Below, piece by piece: positions 61,911-64,000 of a stretch of DNA of 64,000 bases; position 1 is the first letter of the stretch; each line of letters begins with the position of its first letter. The notes under the pieces were generated by a model. That model was not told where the DNA came from and searched no databases. It saw only the letters and a list, made by a program, of their open reading frames with translations. Source of the stretch: Candidatus Bathyarchaeota archaeon. Its GTDB lineage: Archaea; Thermoproteota; Bathyarchaeia; Bathyarchaeales; Bathycorpusculaceae. Both the position numbers and the translations under genes were made by a program. The stretch is from the NCBI GenBank assembly GCA_963767735.1, contig CAVYES010000005.1, forward strand, positions 256,001 through 320,000, read 5' to 3'.

Positions 61911-62189
61911 ATGCCCTTAACTGAAAAAGTCTCCTTTACTGTGATGCTTCAGAGTTTCAATAAAGTGCAAATTCCAAAGCTGATTCGATGGCGCTTCAAA
62001 ATGGAGAGTGACCAAGCGTTGAAGGTGGGCGTAAATTTTTTGGGCATCCATAAGGGCTGGCAGTTTTTTTATGCAAAGATGCGTAAGGATGGACGCATAT
62101 CCATTCCAATTCTGGTGCTAAACCTATTTGAAGATGAAAACACGAGCCTAGTAGGCTACGCGTTAGAGGTAATGGTTGAACCAGCCTGA
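61911..62189 (+). CDS. tandem AbrB/SpoVT-like (MraZ-like) DNA-binding protein
   Basis: Two AbrB-type motifs, NKVQIPKLIR and KDGRISIP; CTTAAGTA TATA-like box about 28 bp before ATG 61911. Confidence 0.75.
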   Translation: MPLTEKVSFTVMLQSFNKVQIPKLIRWRFKMESDQALKVGVNFLGIHKGWQFFYAKMRKDGRISIPILVLNLFEDENTSLVGYALEVMVEPA

Positions 62190-62349
62190 AGCCCAACAGA
62201 GTTAACAACCAAAATCGTATTGCTGTTTAAAGGTAATATGTCCGTTTGGTAATAGATACATAATATCGAGACGCCGTTCCATCAGTAGGGCTAAAAACGA
62301 CTTAACACTATAATCGCATGAGCACAAGTCAGCGGTTGAAAAGCAAGCG

Positions 62350-63090
62350 GTGTATTGTTTGGAGAAAACTTCAACCAAGCGAAGAAAAGTCATTATTGCT
62401 TCCATGTTGATAGTGGTGCTTGTTATTTCTACAGTGTCTGCCTTCCTTATTTTTTCTAAACATGAATCTACAACACTTGACTTGAGTGTTTCTTTAAATC
62501 AAACAAACGTAGTTCAGGGAAGCAACTTGCAAACAGAAGTTAACGTTACTTTAATTGGTGGTGCTGAAAATGTTTCTTTGGGCAGTAATGCGGGTTCAAG
62601 TGGCATAAGATGCAGTTTTGAGCCTGCAACTGGCATTTCTAACTTTACGAGTGTCCTTACGATGAATGTGCCCGATTCTACTCCGTCTGGTAATTACTCT
62701 GTGCTTGTTACTGCCTCAGGCGGTGGAGAAATAGAAAACGCTTCCAACATTATTTCAGTACTTAATGCTAACGTCACGGTGTTAGGAATCGTATCGGTTC
62801 CCTACCCAGCTCTAATCGAATTTACAGACCAGCAAACCAATTTAACGTCAACTTTCCATTTCCCTTTAAGTGAATCCTCAAATGCCGGCGAAGTCACGCT
62901 CTACAATTCGGGTAATTCCTACACTATCATTCTTGCGAACGAGCATACCTACAACGTGACCGTAAGCGCCTATTTCACCTTCTTGTGGGCTACTTTCACT
63001 GACACTTTTCAGGATGGCACTTTGTTCGTCTATGCACCAGCAGGTAACAGCACAATGCCTGAACAAAACTTCTCCCTTCCAAACAGTTAA
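62350..63090 (+). CDS. membrane-anchored Ser/Thr/Asn-rich extracellular Ig-like protein
   Basis: Basic N-terminus plus TM helix; TPSGNYSVLVTASG; many sequons. Confidence 0.7.
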   Translation: MYCLEKTSTKRRKVIIASMLIVVLVISTVSAFLIFSKHESTTLDLSVSLNQTNVVQGSNLQTEVNVTLIGGAENVSLGSNAGSSGIRCSFEPATGISNFTSVLTMNVPDSTPSGNYSVLVTASGGGEIENASNIISVLNANVTVLGIVSVPYPALIEFTDQQTNLTSTFHFPLSESSNAGEVTLYNSGNSYTIILANEHTYNVTVSAYFTFLWATFTDTFQDGTLFVYAPAGNSTMPEQNFSLPNS

Positions 63091-63302
63091 AAATTTTCTT
63101 TTTCTTTCGACAATCCCTTTTACAATTTATAGATTAGCCCAACGATTTTTGTGACTTTTTTAAATCATAAAATCAACATGGTTAACCACCCGTTGATTTT
63201 CAATTTCCCTTCTGTTTCTTATTGACTTTTAGTAAAGAACGATTGGTATTTATCGCTGGGAGAGGCTTTATTTTTCAATGGGTTTCTGTGGAGTTTTGTG
63301 CT

Positions 63303-64000
63303 GTGAAGAAAACAAGAGTAATTATTATGGGTGCAGCTGGGCGAGACTTTCACAATTTTAATGTCTGCTATCGGAGAAACAAGCAATACGAGGTTGTCGC
63401 CTTCACTGCTGCTCAGATTCCAGGCATTGAAAGAAGAAACTACCCTCCAGTTCTGGCGGGACCAAACTATCCTGATGGAATCCCCATCTATCCAGAAGAA
63501 AAACTAATAGACCTAATTAGGAAATACGAGGTTGAGGAAGTGGTCTTCGCCTATAGCGACGTTTCCCATGAGTATGTGATGCATGAAGCATCAGCGGTGC
63601 TTTCTAATGGGCCTGATTTTAGGCTGATGGGACCTTTGACAACTATGCTGAAAGCCAAAGTTCCTGTTATATCTGTCTGCGCTACAAGAACTGGAGCGGG
63701 AAAGAGCCAGACATCCAGAAAAGTAGCTGAGATTCTCAAGAACTTCGGCTACAGAATCGTGGTTGTTAGGCATCCCATGCCCTACTGTAATCTTTCTACA
63801 GAGGCAGTTCAACGCTTTGCTTCTTTTGCGGATCTGGACAAGTATGCTTGCACCATAGAGGAAAGAGAGGAGTACGAGCCCCACATCCTGCGCGAGAACA
63901 CGGTTTATGCGGGGGTCGACTACGATAGAATCTTGGCCGAAGCCGAAAACGAAGCCGACATCATAGTTTGGGATGGAGGCAACAACGACCTTCCCTTCTA
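63303..64000 (+). CDS. COG2403 P-loop protein (cDPG-synthetase-like; arginine synthetase ArcE family), partial; missing from the ORF track
   Basis: GTG start after GGAG; MGAAGRDFHNFN, VAFTA.QIP, RTGAGKSQT, IEEREEYE, WDGGNND; runs off the right edge. Confidence 0.85.
   Translation, partial: MKKTRVIIMGAAGRDFHNFNVCYRRNKQYEVVAFTAAQIPGIERRNYPPVLAGPNYPDGIPIYPEEKLIDLIRKYEVEEVVFAYSDVSHEYVMHEASAVLSNGPDFRLMGPLTTMLKAKVPVISVCATRTGAGKSQTSRKVAEILKNFGYRIVVVRHPMPYCNLSTEAVQRFASFADLDKYACTIEEREEYEPHILRENTVYAGVDYDRILAEAENEADIIVWDGGNNDLPF

Overview
Archaeal chromosomal window, most likely Bathyarchaeia (inferred from the LysW pathway, GHMP shikimate kinase, PEF-CTERM proteins, XPB-Bax1 and TATA-type promoters). 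It is dominated by amino-acid biosynthesis: aroD-E-K-A-C, chorismate mutase, aminotransferase and tyrA (+); ilvB-ilvN-leuC-leuD-leuB-leuA-pheA (-); a LysW-dependent lysW-X-Y-Z-J-K cluster with a divergent Lrp; thrC-hom-aspartokinase (-); argG-argH-carA-carB (+); and an ArcE/COG2403-like gene at the right edge. The middle (about 25-49 kb) is accessory, with secreted proteins, lipid/glycosylation genes, small paralogous proteins and relics. There is one complete ISH3-type IS (18-bp TIRs, 5-bp TSD) and an IS200/IS605 relic. About eight single-base frameshifts, several in core genes, suggest read or assembly errors. Best candidates for new biology: (1) a module of a conserved ~64-bp leader, 10-bp-phased repeat arrays and a tandem-AbrB (MraZ-like) gene, present intact at 61.4-62.2 kb and decayed at 46.5-46.9 kb; (2) a Leu/Val-rich leader peptide with alternative hairpins ahead of the ilv-leu operon, resembling an attenuator; (3) a 25/26-bp identical promoter motif shared by the lysW and argG operons, next to an HTH-ACT regulator candidate. 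All calls are by eye; no database searches were run.
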